DNA from: Naegleria gruberi
Lineage: Eukaryota
Assembly: GCA_000004985.1 (NCBI GenBank)
Contig: GG738856.1
DNA length: 64,000 nucleotides
Direction: 5' to 3' (one strand)
In this document: positions 20,586 to 31,694 of the stretch, one piece after another
Layout: every line of letters starts with the position of its first letter
Position numbering within the stretch: position 1 is the first letter of the stretch
The notes under the pieces: model-generated
The model's database searches: none
What the model was told of the DNA's origin: nothing
What the model saw: the letters and a program-made list of their open reading frames with translations, nothing else
Program-made: the position numbers and the translations under genes

Positions 20586-22937
20586 ATGGATAGAATTATC
20601 AAAACATCAAACACACAACATTATGTAATTATTGAAATTATTAAAAAAATGAAAAGAACTTTGGATGAGAATTCTGATAGCGAAACTGACGGCGAAAATA
20701 ATCCAAGAAAAAAATCTTCATCTTGCAATACTTCTTCCTACTTGGCAACAGATGCCAAGTTGTGTTATCCGTTCGGAGTGTTTGTTTCTCCCACTAACGA
20801 AATTTACATAGCCGATCAATATAATCATAGAGTGAGAAAGATATTAGAAAGTGGACGAATTGTTACAATAGCAGGAAATGGAAAAGGAGGGTTTAGTGGA
20901 GATGATGGATTGGCTACTAATGCACAGCTAAATTGCCCATCAAGTGTTTTTGTTTCTAATAAGAATGAAGTATTCATTGCTGACCAATACAATCATCGAA
21001 TTAGGAAGATATTAGAAAGTGGACGAATTGTGACAATAGCTGGAAACGGAGAGGAGGGATTTAGTGGAGATAATGGACCAGCTACAAGTGCCAGATTGAA
21101 TTGTCCTATGAGTATATTTGTTTCCAATATGAATGAAGTTTATTTTGTAGATTCGAACAATAATAGAGTCAGAAAAATATTGGAAAATGGAATTATTGTA
21201 ACAATAGCTGGAAATGAAGAGCTAGGATTTTCTGGTGACAGTATTCTTGCAACAAATGCAAAACTAAATGGACCTGTGAGTCTTCATGTTTCAGATAAGA
21301 ATGAAGTTTATTTTGCCGAGCTCAAAAACAACAAAATTAGAAAAATATTAAGAAATGGATTTCTTGAAACAGTAATGGGTGATGGATTCAGTACTACTTC
21401 TGTAAAAGTACAAAGTCCAACAAGTGTTTTTGTTTCTCCACAGAATGAAATTTATTTCTCTGATAATACCAGTAATAGAATTAGAAAAATATTGGAAAAT
21501 GGAAATGTTGTAACTGTTGCAGGAACTGGACAACAAGGATTCAGTGGTGATGGTGGACCTGCAACGAGAGCTCAACTTGCATGCCCTACAGGTCTATTTG
21601 TAACTTTGAATAATGAAATTTATTTTGCAGATTCTGCCAATAATAGAATTAGAAAGGTTTTGGAAAATGGAAATATTGTAACAATAGCAGGAAATGGAAA
21701 ACATGGATATAGTGGTGATGCACCATTTGATTTTTCATTGCATCCTCATATTGGAAGTACTAATTTGGAAAAACAAGAAACTGTGTTATTACAACGAGAC
21801 ATTTATTTCCCAAAGATTAAATTGAAAAAGTATAACAGAGATAGATTGTTTGGATTGGATATTTATGGATTTATGCCACTATTGGAAAATTTTTCACCTG
21901 AATTTAGCAAAACAGTGTTGAGAAATGAAAAACTCCTTTGTGAAATGGATTCTTCTCAACGAGAAATTGTACAAAAACTTATTGACTCTATGATTTATAA
22001 TGATGATAAGATGAATTTCAATGAAGAGTATACAGTCAATGTTTTGTATATTTTGGGATTCTTTAAAAATGCTGAATTTCTTGATTTGAAACAAGACATG
22101 GTTACCAAGTTTATCAATTCTCTTTCCTTGACATCTCTATCTTCTGTATGGGAGAAAGTTGAAGAATTATTGAAAATATGTGAAAATCTTGGACTTTCAA
22201 ACTTTATCCTTGAGAAGTTGAACAAATATTGCACAGAATATACTGCTGTTCAATTGAAATCTCCAGAAGGAAGCAAAATACTTTCAAATATTTCTATAAT
22301 ATTAAGGAACAGCGTCAGGATTTTCCCTTTAATGGCAATTTCAGAACCAAGTCCTATTATCATTGATGAAATTGTTGAAAAATTTCAGCAAGGAGTTAAT
22401 AGTTTATATAATGATAAGGGAACATATGATTTTCGTGTCAAATTGAGTGAAGATGAGTTTTTATATTGCCACAAAACTATATTAAGCTCTTCTAGCTCAA
22501 TATTCGAGACATTTTTTCAGAATCAAGAAATTGACAATATTAAAGATGGTTTCATGGTTCCAGATCCATCAGAAAATGTCGATTTGGTGAAGATTATAAT
22601 CCAAGCATGCTATAGATGTGGAAATATTGAGTTTAATTCCAATCAAAACATGTCCCTCCTCTCAACAGCAATGAAACATGAAATGAAATACCTTATCGAT
22701 TGTTGGTTGAAGAATTTTAAGATCAGTGTCGATAATTATTTCGAGGTAGTGTCTGTCTGTAAAAATTACTTACATTTACCATGTTGTGAAGAATTTTATC
22801 AACTATTACTAATGTTTGGATCAGTTTATCGTGCTAAGCTTTTCACTGATTGTGATAGAGTAGCATTGCTTCCTGATCAACTATTGAGAGCGTTACTAGT
22901 TCAGATTTCTAGTGATGGATTTATCTTTAATAGATGA
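20586..22937 (+). CDS. Six-bladed NHL-repeat beta-propeller protein with a C-terminal BTB/POZ-like domain
   Basis: Six tandem units of about 47 aa (P.SVFVS..NE.Y.AD..N.R.RKILE.G.IVTIAGNG..GFSGD). BTB-like YDFRVKLSEDEFLYCHKTILSSSSSIFETFF. The ATG at 20649 has the better A-run context. Confidence 0.8.
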   Translation: MDRIIKTSNTQHYVIIEIIKKMKRTLDENSDSETDGENNPRKKSSSCNTSSYLATDAKLCYPFGVFVSPTNEIYIADQYNHRVRKILESGRIVTIAGNGKGGFSGDDGLATNAQLNCPSSVFVSNKNEVFIADQYNHRIRKILESGRIVTIAGNGEEGFSGDNGPATSARLNCPMSIFVSNMNEVYFVDSNNNRVRKILENGIIVTIAGNEELGFSGDSILATNAKLNGPVSLHVSDKNEVYFAELKNNKIRKILRNGFLETVMGDGFSTTSVKVQSPTSVFVSPQNEIYFSDNTSNRIRKILENGNVVTVAGTGQQGFSGDGGPATRAQLACPTGLFVTLNNEIYFADSANNRIRKVLENGNIVTIAGNGKHGYSGDAPFDFSLHPHIGSTNLEKQETVLLQRDIYFPKIKLKKYNRDRLFGLDIYGFMPLLENFSPEFSKTVLRNEKLLCEMDSSQREIVQKLIDSMIYNDDKMNFNEEYTVNVLYILGFFKNAEFLDLKQDMVTKFINSLSLTSLSSVWEKVEELLKICENLGLSNFILEKLNKYCTEYTAVQLKSPEGSKILSNISIILRNSVRIFPLMAISEPSPIIIDEIVEKFQQGVNSLYNDKGTYDFRVKLSEDEFLYCHKTILSSSSSIFETFFQNQEIDNIKDGFMVPDPSENVDLVKIIIQACYRCGNIEFNSNQNMSLLSTAMKHEMKYLIDCWLKNFKISVDNYFEVVSVCKNYLHLPCCEEFYQLLLMFGSVYRAKLFTDCDRVALLPDQLLRALLVQISSDGFIFNR

Positions 22938-23068
22938 AGCTAATAAACGATCTATTTTAAATATTGGCACTTGCTATTGAGTCCTCTTAATTGTTAATAA
23001 TGATCCATTTTAAAGTTTTTAATATTTTCGTTAAGTGTAAACAAATAACAGTTTTGTGAATAAAAAAA

Positions 23069-26000
23069 ATGGTGAAAAAGGCAAAAAAACCAAGCCATCA
23101 TGATGAAGAGGAAATAACTGACGAGGATTTTATGGATATTATGGATTGCCTAAATCCCAGACAATTCGAACAAATGTCCAGATCGTTGGGATATACTGTA
23201 AGAGATTATGATCATGATTCCGATGATTCATATTTTAGTGATGAGTGTATTGTAGCACCAACACCAGAGTTGGAAACTTTGTTAATTAAAAGAGATTGTC
23301 TTGCTGAGAAATTACTTCCACCAGATAAAAACATCAAGAAGAGAATATTGGATTTGTTGGAGCAGAGTTGTGTATTGAATGGAGATTATATTACTGGAGG
23401 AAAATTGGATTCGAATTACTTGATGCCTGCTATTGAAATTCTTCTTGAGGATAATGGAAAATACAAGCCATTACCACTGCCAATTGTTTATGCGGAACAG
23501 GTCACTGAATTGATAAGGAATTGTTCTTTTGGAAGGACTGAAAATGTAAACATTACCAAATCATGGCACTTGGATCCACATAAATTCAGAATTACCAACC
23601 CTAAATGGGATTCGTCAATTGAAGAATTAGTTAGAAAGGTCAAAGCAAAGCTTGGTATTTTGAATGAAAAGAAGATTGACTTCTCACTTTCCAAAATGAT
23701 ATTGCATGAGGAGGGAGGTTTATTTGATTTTTGCACGGATATTGATAAAGAGGATGGAATAGTTGCTAACTTGTTAGTTCAATTACCTAGCTCATTCACT
23801 GGTGGTAATTTTACATTGTCTCACAGCGGAAAGGAAATGAAATTCCAATACAAAGATGAATCCACCTATTCTCCATACTATGTCAGCTTTTACTCTAATT
23901 GTGAACACAAAGGAGAACCACTAACCTCTGGATACAGATTATCGTTGGTTTATAATTTGAAATATTCTGGATCTGATAGAATTGCACCATATGACAGTGC
24001 TACACAATTGAGAGATATGCAGAATATTATAGAAACTTGGATCAAGGTTCCAATGTATACCAAGCTCTGTTACATTTTAGAAAACAAATATACAAAGGCC
24101 ACCCTTGGTCCATCTGTGTTGCAAGGAAAGGACAAAATTGCTTATCAGTTATTTTCACAACTTGAACACGTTGAGGTTCATTTAGCAACTTTAGAAAAAC
24201 ATGAAGAAACCATATGCCTCTCTGATATGAAGTATGATACTGAACTCAGGTATAAGGCTCATACAACAAATAATGTACGAATTGATTTTATCGTTGAAGA
24301 CGAAGTGCTCCCTGATGTGGCTAGAAGGAGAATGGAGCTAACTCATAAGGAAGTAAGTATTATTGAGATTCGCGCTTCAGTTTAATTATTACAGGTTGAA
24401 GATGAGGAAGATTTTACTGAATATATGAAGATAAATCGTTGCTACAAGAGTACATGTATCCTCATATATCCAAAGCAACTCAAATCACTCTGTAATCAAC
24501 TAGACCCTTTAGAAAAATTTTGGAAAGATTATAAGGAACAAAAAACAGATAAGAAGAAAAACATTTTGATGGCATACACTTCGTCTCTCCTCTGCTGTTC
24601 TGAAGACAATCTTAGTACAAGGAGTTTTGTAGACATGTCAAAGTTTTCAGATATTTGCCTTACCTTGAATTATCTTCCATTAAGCTTGAAATATGTGGAA
24701 AAGGTATTAATTGTAGATGAATTCAAGACTGAGGAAGCAACAATTTTATTAACCAAGGTAATCAAGAATCATGGCACTGAACATTTCAAGGAATTAGTCA
24801 GTAATAGTTTAGAAAAGTGTTGTAAGTTGATATTTTTGGTAATAGTACTAAATATTTTTATTCTTTTCATAATTACAGTCAAGACTAAAAACTATTATTC
24901 AAATGAAATTACAGCAATTGGAAAAATGATTTTGGAGCTGAACGAGCAATCTTGGATTACTCATTTTGTTGATAAGGTAGTATCACTAAAGTCATTAAAT
25001 ATGGAGTGGGCACATCCAGATGCTATTATGATCATTTTCAAATTGAAAGACCAATATCCAAGTTACTCAGAAAAGCTAAACCAATTTATTGATGCGTATG
25101 TCAAATCAGAGCTGTCTATTGATAAATCAAGAGTTGGTTGCTCTCTAATCAATTCAGAAGTTGTCATCAAATTGAACATGATTAACTTGGCTCTACCTTT
25201 ATTAAATAGAATGTCATGTAAAATGGACGATAAGGAATTGAATGAGGTTGTAGCAGTGATGAAACATTTTGGCATTGAAAAGACTGAACCTTTATTAGTT
25301 CTGGCTCTGAAAGATCTGCATCGATACCCCTTCACCCCAAGGAGGCTTGCTATTCTACAATTATCCATGCAGAGCAGTGCAGAAGCTAAACACTTATCTG
25401 ACAAAATATTTGAAAGTATCATCCAAAATTTTGATTTCAAATTGGAAAATGCATCAGAATACGTTGATTTATTAACCTTTTTCAGAAATAATGATAGGAG
25501 TGCAGATGAAATAAGATTTTCCAATGCACTGATTCAAAAAATATCAATTCCAAAGTATTCCTATTCCTTGGTTAAAGAAATAATCAAAACTAATGGAATT
25601 GAATGTTTTGGAACTGGAACTGGATTGCGGATGATTTTGGAACATTCCTACAAAGTATTATTTAATTCGGCTACTACACCCAATGCTTCCCATAGCTTGG
25701 ACTTGGACTTGGAAGGAACCTCTACGTGGGTTTTTAATCACATTACCCTTTCATGTTCATGTGAGCATTGTGAAAAGGTAAAAAAGTTTCTCATTTCAAA
25801 TGAAAAGGTATTTTCTCTAAAAGAGAAACTAAATGCCCGAAAACATGTAGAAACAATTCTTAAAGAACAAGTAGACCTTATCAAGGAAACAATTAAAGCA
25901 GGCTCTCCACAAACTCTCAAACTCACCAAGACGAGAATGAGCCCAGATGCAAAAAAGGCAATTACTGGCTCAATTGAAAATATCCTTAAACAATACATAG

Positions 26001-26095
26001 AGTATGCAACCAAATCAGACCAGAAAGCTCTTGCAAGACCTTCCGAATCAAATGTTGCTGATGAACCTCCAACTAAGAAAGTCAAACAAGAATAG
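23069..26095 (+). CDS. Large protein with an N-terminal 2OG-Fe(II)-oxygenase-like (P4H-like) domain; three exons (23069..24352, 24395..24821, 24879..26095)
   Basis: LHEEGGLFDFCTDIDKEDGIVANLLVQLPSSFTGGNF...FYSNCEHKGEPLTSGYRLSLVYNL resembles the double-stranded beta-helix core. Two GTAAGT...CAG introns. Confidence 0.6.
24353..24394 (+). other. Intron (42 nt)
   Basis: GTAAGTATTATT...ATTATTACAG. Removes the stop at 24383-24385. Phase 0; the downstream sequence is in frame with ORF 24425. Confidence 0.8.
24822..24878 (+). other. Probable intron (57 nt, in frame, no stop)
   Basis: GTAAGTTGATATTTTT...CATAATTACAG. If retained it encodes the hydrophobic CKLIFLVIVLNIFILFIITV. Confidence 0.55.
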
Positions 26096-26174
26096 TGATC
26101 AAGTGAAGGACTTGCCTTAAATTTTGAAAAAGTTAATTCTTCTTTTATTCAAGTTTAACAAGAGTTCTAGTTTA

Positions 26175-27453
26175 TTAATCCTCTTCATCTCTACAACAAA
26201 GACAACAGAAACAATAGGCAATAGGTAACAAAATATAACTGAAACAATTTAAACAATTTGTTCCCTGTTTTGCTTGGCTATTTTCTTGAATGAGTTTAAC
26301 ATTTAAATATTTTCTGAATGATTTCTCATTTTCTAAATTACAATTCTCAAATATAATTTCTTTCAGAGATGGATTGTTCTTAATAAATTGATGTTCATCT
26401 CCCAAAACACAACTGATGAAATGAATCCTTTCTAAATTTGGATAATTATTAGAAATTGAGAAATCAATATTTTGAGTTGTAAACTTCTTATTTCGAAGTG
26501 TCAATTCAAAGAGTGATTCCATTTTCAATGAAAATAATGAATTTAAATCCACTTCACCTTTATCCAAATCCAACTTTACAATTTTCAATTCCTTAATATA
26601 ATTAAGAATCTCCAAACTGTCATCCGTCAAAGTTAATTCCCTCAAATTCTTGTTAAATATACCAGAATAATTTAATTTTGAAAAATCCAAATTATATACT
26701 CTTCGAATTCCGAGTTTAGTCAACTTGGAAAAAGCTAAAGGAAACAACTGAGGTGCTTTTTCAATAATTTCCTTTTGATTTCTGAAATGTAGAGCCAAGT
26801 CAAGTTCTTTCAAATTTAACTTCACTACTCATAATATTGTGAAAATCTGTTTCATGGTCAACTTCAATTTTCAAGGTTTTCAAACTTTTCATTGGTGAAA
26901 TATTTGGCGTCTTGGGAAATCCAGTTAATTTGTATTCTTCCAGATTGAATGGAATTTTGTAAAATTCATCTAGAATATATTGTGGAATTGAACTATCAGA
27001 AAGGTTAATTTCCAATGCTTTCAGTTGACTATAATGAGTTTGAAACCAATTGATCAATTCATTCTTGAATGATTTCATAAATAGTTTGAGATTAGTTACA
27101 TTTCCAATATATCTTGGTAAATAAACTGCTGATCCAAGATTTGATGATTCAATAAAATTGCATTCTCCATAAAGAGAAAGAGTATCAACCCTTGAAAAAC
27201 CATTCATTTCGAATAATTCACAGGGTATGTTTCTAACATTTATCAATTTCAATTTTGTAATATTGGTCTGTTTATCTTTTAACTGATTAATAGTTTTAGT
27301 GAGTTTGGTTGCATGATCTATTTTCAATTCGAATCCGAGGTTTTGCTTTGCTTGATAGAAATTGTGATTTACGACTCGAAAACGAAATGTTTCTCTTCCT
27401 TCTAAAAAACAAAGAATCAACTGCACAACATCTACAGTCAGAAAGTGCTGCAT
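26175..27453 (-). pseudogene. F-box-like / leucine-rich-repeat gene with an apparent 1-nt frameshift near 26800-26830 (pseudogene or assembly error)
   Basis: ORFs 26800..27453 and 26175..26825 are both LRR-like and overlap in different frames. No intron of plausible length reconciles them. The C-terminus is Cys-rich (CLNCFSYILLPIAYCFCCLCCRDEED). Confidence 0.55.
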
Positions 27454-27638
27454 TTTTTTAATAGATCTATGTGAACATTTACCAGTTTGTGAAATGGAAG
27501 AATGGTTTAGGCAACTTTCAATTCTCTCATTTTGGAAGAGGAAAATGCAATCTTGCTGGATTTCTTACTTAACAAAAGAATTGAATAATAAGATTTTTAA
27601 ATTTTAGTATTTTATATTACATTGTTCCTAGAGAGAAA

Positions 27639-28412
27639 TTAGTAGTCATCATCTTCGTCATCTTCATCATAATCGAATGCGGATCTTCTGGCAGCAGTTG
27701 ACGTAGAACCAACAGTACTAGAAAAATCACCAGTAAATTTGAAACCAGAATTTCCAGCAACACGTGATGATGGTGGTTGTTTCATTTCCGATTTAACAAC
27801 ACCAATGGTTGACAAAATCCATTCCAAATCATTGGCTGTCATTTCTCTTCCACCAATTTTACCCAATCCAACAAATTGAGCAACATTATTACCTCCTCTA
27901 TAAATTAACAATGTTGGGCAATTCTTTTCAGGGAAGTTTGGAATTGCTGCACTTCCTCTAATACGAACAAATTTAACTTCTAGGAATTTGTTTGAAAGTT
28001 TTGTCAAACGATCATCTAAAATCTTACAATCTTCAATTGCAGGAGCATACAAGTGAACAACCACAAAAGTAGTCTTATCTGGAGTTTGACAAACTTCTTT
28101 CACATATTCAGTGGCGGAAATTTCTTGCACTCCTCCAAACTTGGTGGCCATTTGCTTTTGCTTTAATTCTAATAAACGTCTTGCTTTAATTTGTTGAAGG
28201 AAATCATCTTCTTCTTCATTATATTTACTATCTTGTTCTAATTCATTAATTTGTTCAAGTGTGGCTCCGGCATATTGATTTTGAAATTCTTCCTTTGCTG
28301 ATTTAAAATAAGCTACTTTATCAACTTCTTCTTCTTCTGGGAGTTCTGGCAAATTACCATGTTGTCTTTGCAAAACAGTCCATTCTGTTTCAATACCATT
28401 AATTTTAGACAT
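27639..28412 (-). CDS. Phosducin-like protein (PhLP/PDCL3-type, thioredoxin fold)
   Basis: FGGVQEISATEYVKEV...FVVVHLYAPAIEDCKILDDRLTKLSNKFLEVKFVRI...CPTLLIYRGG...DLEWIL. Acidic tail. Confidence 0.8.
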   Translation of the reverse strand: MSKINGIETEWTVLQRQHGNLPELPEEEEVDKVAYFKSAKEEFQNQYAGATLEQINELEQDSKYNEEEDDFLQQIKARRLLELKQKQMATKFGGVQEISATEYVKEVCQTPDKTTFVVVHLYAPAIEDCKILDDRLTKLSNKFLEVKFVRIRGSAAIPNFPEKNCPTLLIYRGGNNVAQFVGLGKIGGREMTANDLEWILSTIGVVKSEMKQPPSSRVAGNSGFKFTGDFSSTVGSTSTAARRSAFDYDEDDEDDDY

Positions 28413-28940
28413 TTTGATGATATGCTGATGGTTGTCTTCTTTGAGAAAAAAAGGCTTTGTTTTTTGTTATTACTAGTCGGAAGTAGATAACCCTTGAGAA
28501 AGCAGTGTGATGGCTTTTTTTTTTGAAATTTTTCGGAAGATGAGAGGAAAGGCATCAATCATGCCAATGAAAGTTTTCAATAATTTTATTGTTGTGTGAT
28601 GACATTTAATGGTGATGACTTGAAGTCAAGTTGACATTTTGGGTAAGCAAACAATTAAGAGAGTCAAGTTCCATTAAAATTTATTTTAAGGATGAAAAGT
28701 GTTAGTAATTTCCAACTTCCGATGATGGTTTTAAGAAGTAGTTTTGCTTAGTACGTTGAGCCATTGGGTTTTCAATCCCATGTATCATTAAAGTGGATAA
28801 TTTACGTAGTGATTATTGAGGAATTTTGAAAACATCATGTTTCCAATCCACCTTCTGAGTGATGTGTACATTATATTTTAATAAAATGTACAAGCAAACA
28901 TAAATGTTTATTAAGCGACCAACAGATATTGATTTCCAAA

Positions 28941-31475
28941 TTAAAAAACTATATCTAAATCCTTTAACTTGCCAAATAACTCTTTTCCAACTTTCTTTTC
29001 CAGGTCTTCTAAATCTTTGAACCCCTCTTTATCAGATGTTCTTTTCGTTATGATATCATTCGCAGCTTGTTTGCCAATACCAAAGTTTTCATATCCTTTT
29101 GCTTCACACTCATTAATATGAAGATAATTGGTGGAATATAAATATTTCATATGCTCAGATAGTGTTCCGAAATGTTTGGAAAAGTTATCTTTGTAGATCA
29201 TTATCAAATTATCGGGAAGTTTTTCTGATTCGGGCATATCTGTAATTGATTTTCCTGTTACAATAACTGTGATGTTTGTTACTGGAATTATCTTATTTTG
29301 TGTTGGTAAATCAAAACTATTGTTTTTGATTATTTCTACCTCTTCTATTGTAGAGAAATCCAGTTTTGCTGTTTTTGAATCAGCCCATTTACATTGTAAA
29401 TGAAACACACAATCACTACCATTAAGCTCATTTTTCATACCCAACACAAGAACATCACCAGCCGAGGCATCAGGGACATTTTTGATGATATAAACTCCCT
29501 TAGTGTTATTTGATGGATTATAAGTAAATGAAGTAGAACCAGATTTTAGATTAAAATATTTTCTCGTTGACATATCACTCTCCAATCTTTTGTCATGTGT
29601 ACATTTGTAACATGAGTGGATTTTCTCTATCTTTAAATTTGCTGTTGCTGGATTCATTTTAGCAAATGGAAACAATTCTTTCAATGTCAACGATTTCTGA
29701 TCCTTCAATAATGTTAAAATCAAATAATAATATTCAAGAATCACATCCTCCCAAGATGATACAGAAGAATCTGAATTAAATAAATTGTTATAAATTTCCC
29801 TTGGCTCAAGTGTCATTAATGATGGAAGAATTACTGGAGGATAAGTGATCAAAAATTCTTCCTGGCCCTTAGCCTTTTCTAACATTACCAATCCTTGATT
29901 TTCTAAATCAGACCAAGTCAAATCATCTTCTACTTTATCATTTTTTGCTACCACTCTTCTTGTAACCACAAGTTGTAATATCTTATTTTTAACTTTAGAA
30001 GAGATAAATGAAACATCATATTTTTCTAATATTTTTGTCTTTGCTTCCCACCAAGCTGCTTGAGGAAGCAAATCTCTGAACAATAATTGCACCAAATAAA
30101 ATTCTATTCCTCTTGCATAACCCCCAAATGTCCTTAAATAATGTTTAAATGAAACATTTTTTCTCCATCCTTGCAATTTGTTGTATGTTTGGACCAAATC
30201 GTCCATAATCTGATACAATTCTGTTGTTGGTAACATAGGCTTTGTTGGAATGTATTTTGGAGAATAAGCACTTCCCAAAAAACTCTTTTTTATGCCTGTA
30301 TAGTAAGTTCCCACAAATAGAGGATAAATAATGCCACAGACTGGATGCTGCATATACTGTCCAATAGACGAAATAATTACATCAAGTGGAGATGGTCTAT
30401 TAATGTGTGAATTAATTATTTGTACCTCATCCATACCAATAAAGAAGTTGGTATGTTCGTTTGGAGAAATTACAGCATTACAGGCTATTAATATAGTTTC
30501 AATATCGAGAACCTTTCTTTTCCCAAAAAATTCATTCCATTTTCGTAACAACCCAGTAAAAACAGAGGTTTCCCCTTTCGAACCTGTAAAAGCACAAAGT
30601 ATTGAATAAACAATTCTTACACACAAACCATTCATGGGGTTTGGTTCATTCATAACGTCCATCTTTGTTCCATTCCCAAATGATATAAATAACGGAAAAT
30701 ATTGTTTGTTGTTGTACATATCAAGACCAATCTCCTGCAATATCCTTGATTTTCCAATTCCAGGAGCTGCAGCTATGAATGGGAGCTCAATATTATCTCT
30801 TAGGGCCTTTTTTTCATTTTCTATCAAGGCAGTATAAGGTCTGTAGCTTTCCATAAACATATTTACAACCTCTTCTCTTCCAATAAATTTGAAATTAGAT
30901 CCAAAACCAAAAACAACAACCGAAGAAGACTCCACTATATTTTTAGGTTCAAATATACCAACAACTTTGTCAGTTCTATCAGTCATAGCACCATTTGTGC
31001 TAATTACAAGCTTGATGAACGCTGAAATATCTTCAGCGTCTATTGATTTGTTGGATTCTTCAATTTCTACTTGTTTTCTTTCAACAAACTCACTAATCAA
31101 CCAAACAGCAATGGGCTCTGCAACACTTTTCACCATTATTTTTCCTTCGTCCATCAAGGAGTCGACCATGGACTGTTTGGCTGTTTCTGGTGTTCCATTG
31201 CTTTTGATATTTGTTTCATAGGCATTAATAGCAATTAATAAATGGTTTCCGTTGAGAGCACTCAAAGGATATCTTCCATTTTGGTTTCGTTCTTTTTTTA
31301 CACAATCAATGGCTTCATCTTCAAAGTATAAATCATCCCGAAGAATTTCTAATACTTTATCATGATTCAATTTCATCATACCATTTAGTAATAAATTTGG
31401 TTTTGGTTTTTTAAACAATACCGAAGAAAACCCAATTGTTGGAGATTGACTTCTTTTCTTAATATCCTTGAACAT
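28941..31475 (-). CDS. Orphan 844-aa protein: P-loop NTPase, possible PD-(D/E)xK-like nuclease motif, C-terminal helix-hairpin-helix
   Basis: Walker A FIAAAPGIGKSRIL. Walker B-like NFFIGMDEVQ. GDVLVLG...x20...FHLQCKW (D...QxK). HhH-like FGIGKQAANDIITKR...DLEDLEKKVG. Confidence 0.55.
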   Translation of the reverse strand: MFKDIKKRSQSPTIGFSSVLFKKPKPNLLLNGMMKLNHDKVLEILRDDLYFEDEAIDCVKKERNQNGRYPLSALNGNHLLIAINAYETNIKSNGTPETAKQSMVDSLMDEGKIMVKSVAEPIAVWLISEFVERKQVEIEESNKSIDAEDISAFIKLVISTNGAMTDRTDKVVGIFEPKNIVESSSVVVFGFGSNFKFIGREEVVNMFMESYRPYTALIENEKKALRDNIELPFIAAAPGIGKSRILQEIGLDMYNNKQYFPLFISFGNGTKMDVMNEPNPMNGLCVRIVYSILCAFTGSKGETSVFTGLLRKWNEFFGKRKVLDIETILIACNAVISPNEHTNFFIGMDEVQIINSHINRPSPLDVIISSIGQYMQHPVCGIIYPLFVGTYYTGIKKSFLGSAYSPKYIPTKPMLPTTELYQIMDDLVQTYNKLQGWRKNVSFKHYLRTFGGYARGIEFYLVQLLFRDLLPQAAWWEAKTKILEKYDVSFISSKVKNKILQLVVTRRVVAKNDKVEDDLTWSDLENQGLVMLEKAKGQEEFLITYPPVILPSLMTLEPREIYNNLFNSDSSVSSWEDVILEYYYLILTLLKDQKSLTLKELFPFAKMNPATANLKIEKIHSCYKCTHDKRLESDMSTRKYFNLKSGSTSFTYNPSNNTKGVYIIKNVPDASAGDVLVLGMKNELNGSDCVFHLQCKWADSKTAKLDFSTIEEVEIIKNNSFDLPTQNKIIPVTNITVIVTGKSITDMPESEKLPDNLIMIYKDNFSKHFGTLSEHMKYLYSTNYLHINECEAKGYENFGIGKQAANDIITKRTSDKEGFKDLEDLEKKVGKELFGKLKDLDIVF

Positions 31476-31694
31476 TTTTTAATAACCGACAAATATCAGA
31501 TACAGTGAACAAACATAATCAACCCATTTTTTTTCTTAATTTAATAAATATTAAAATAATATTAAATTTTCATATTCACGTCTCTTGTATATCTATTCCC
31601 AAAGACGAAATTTTATTTGTAAATATTTTGATAACGGTAAATTTCTTGATTAAGGTGCAATTGTGGAGCATTTGATTTAGAAATATTTAAAAAA

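Noticed and set aside
28740-28800. tRNA-like T-arm (ttgggttttcaatccca)
   Set aside because: The stem does not pair as a 5-bp T-stem with a 7-nt loop, and no complementary acceptor stem or D-arm lies upstream. It is not a tRNA.
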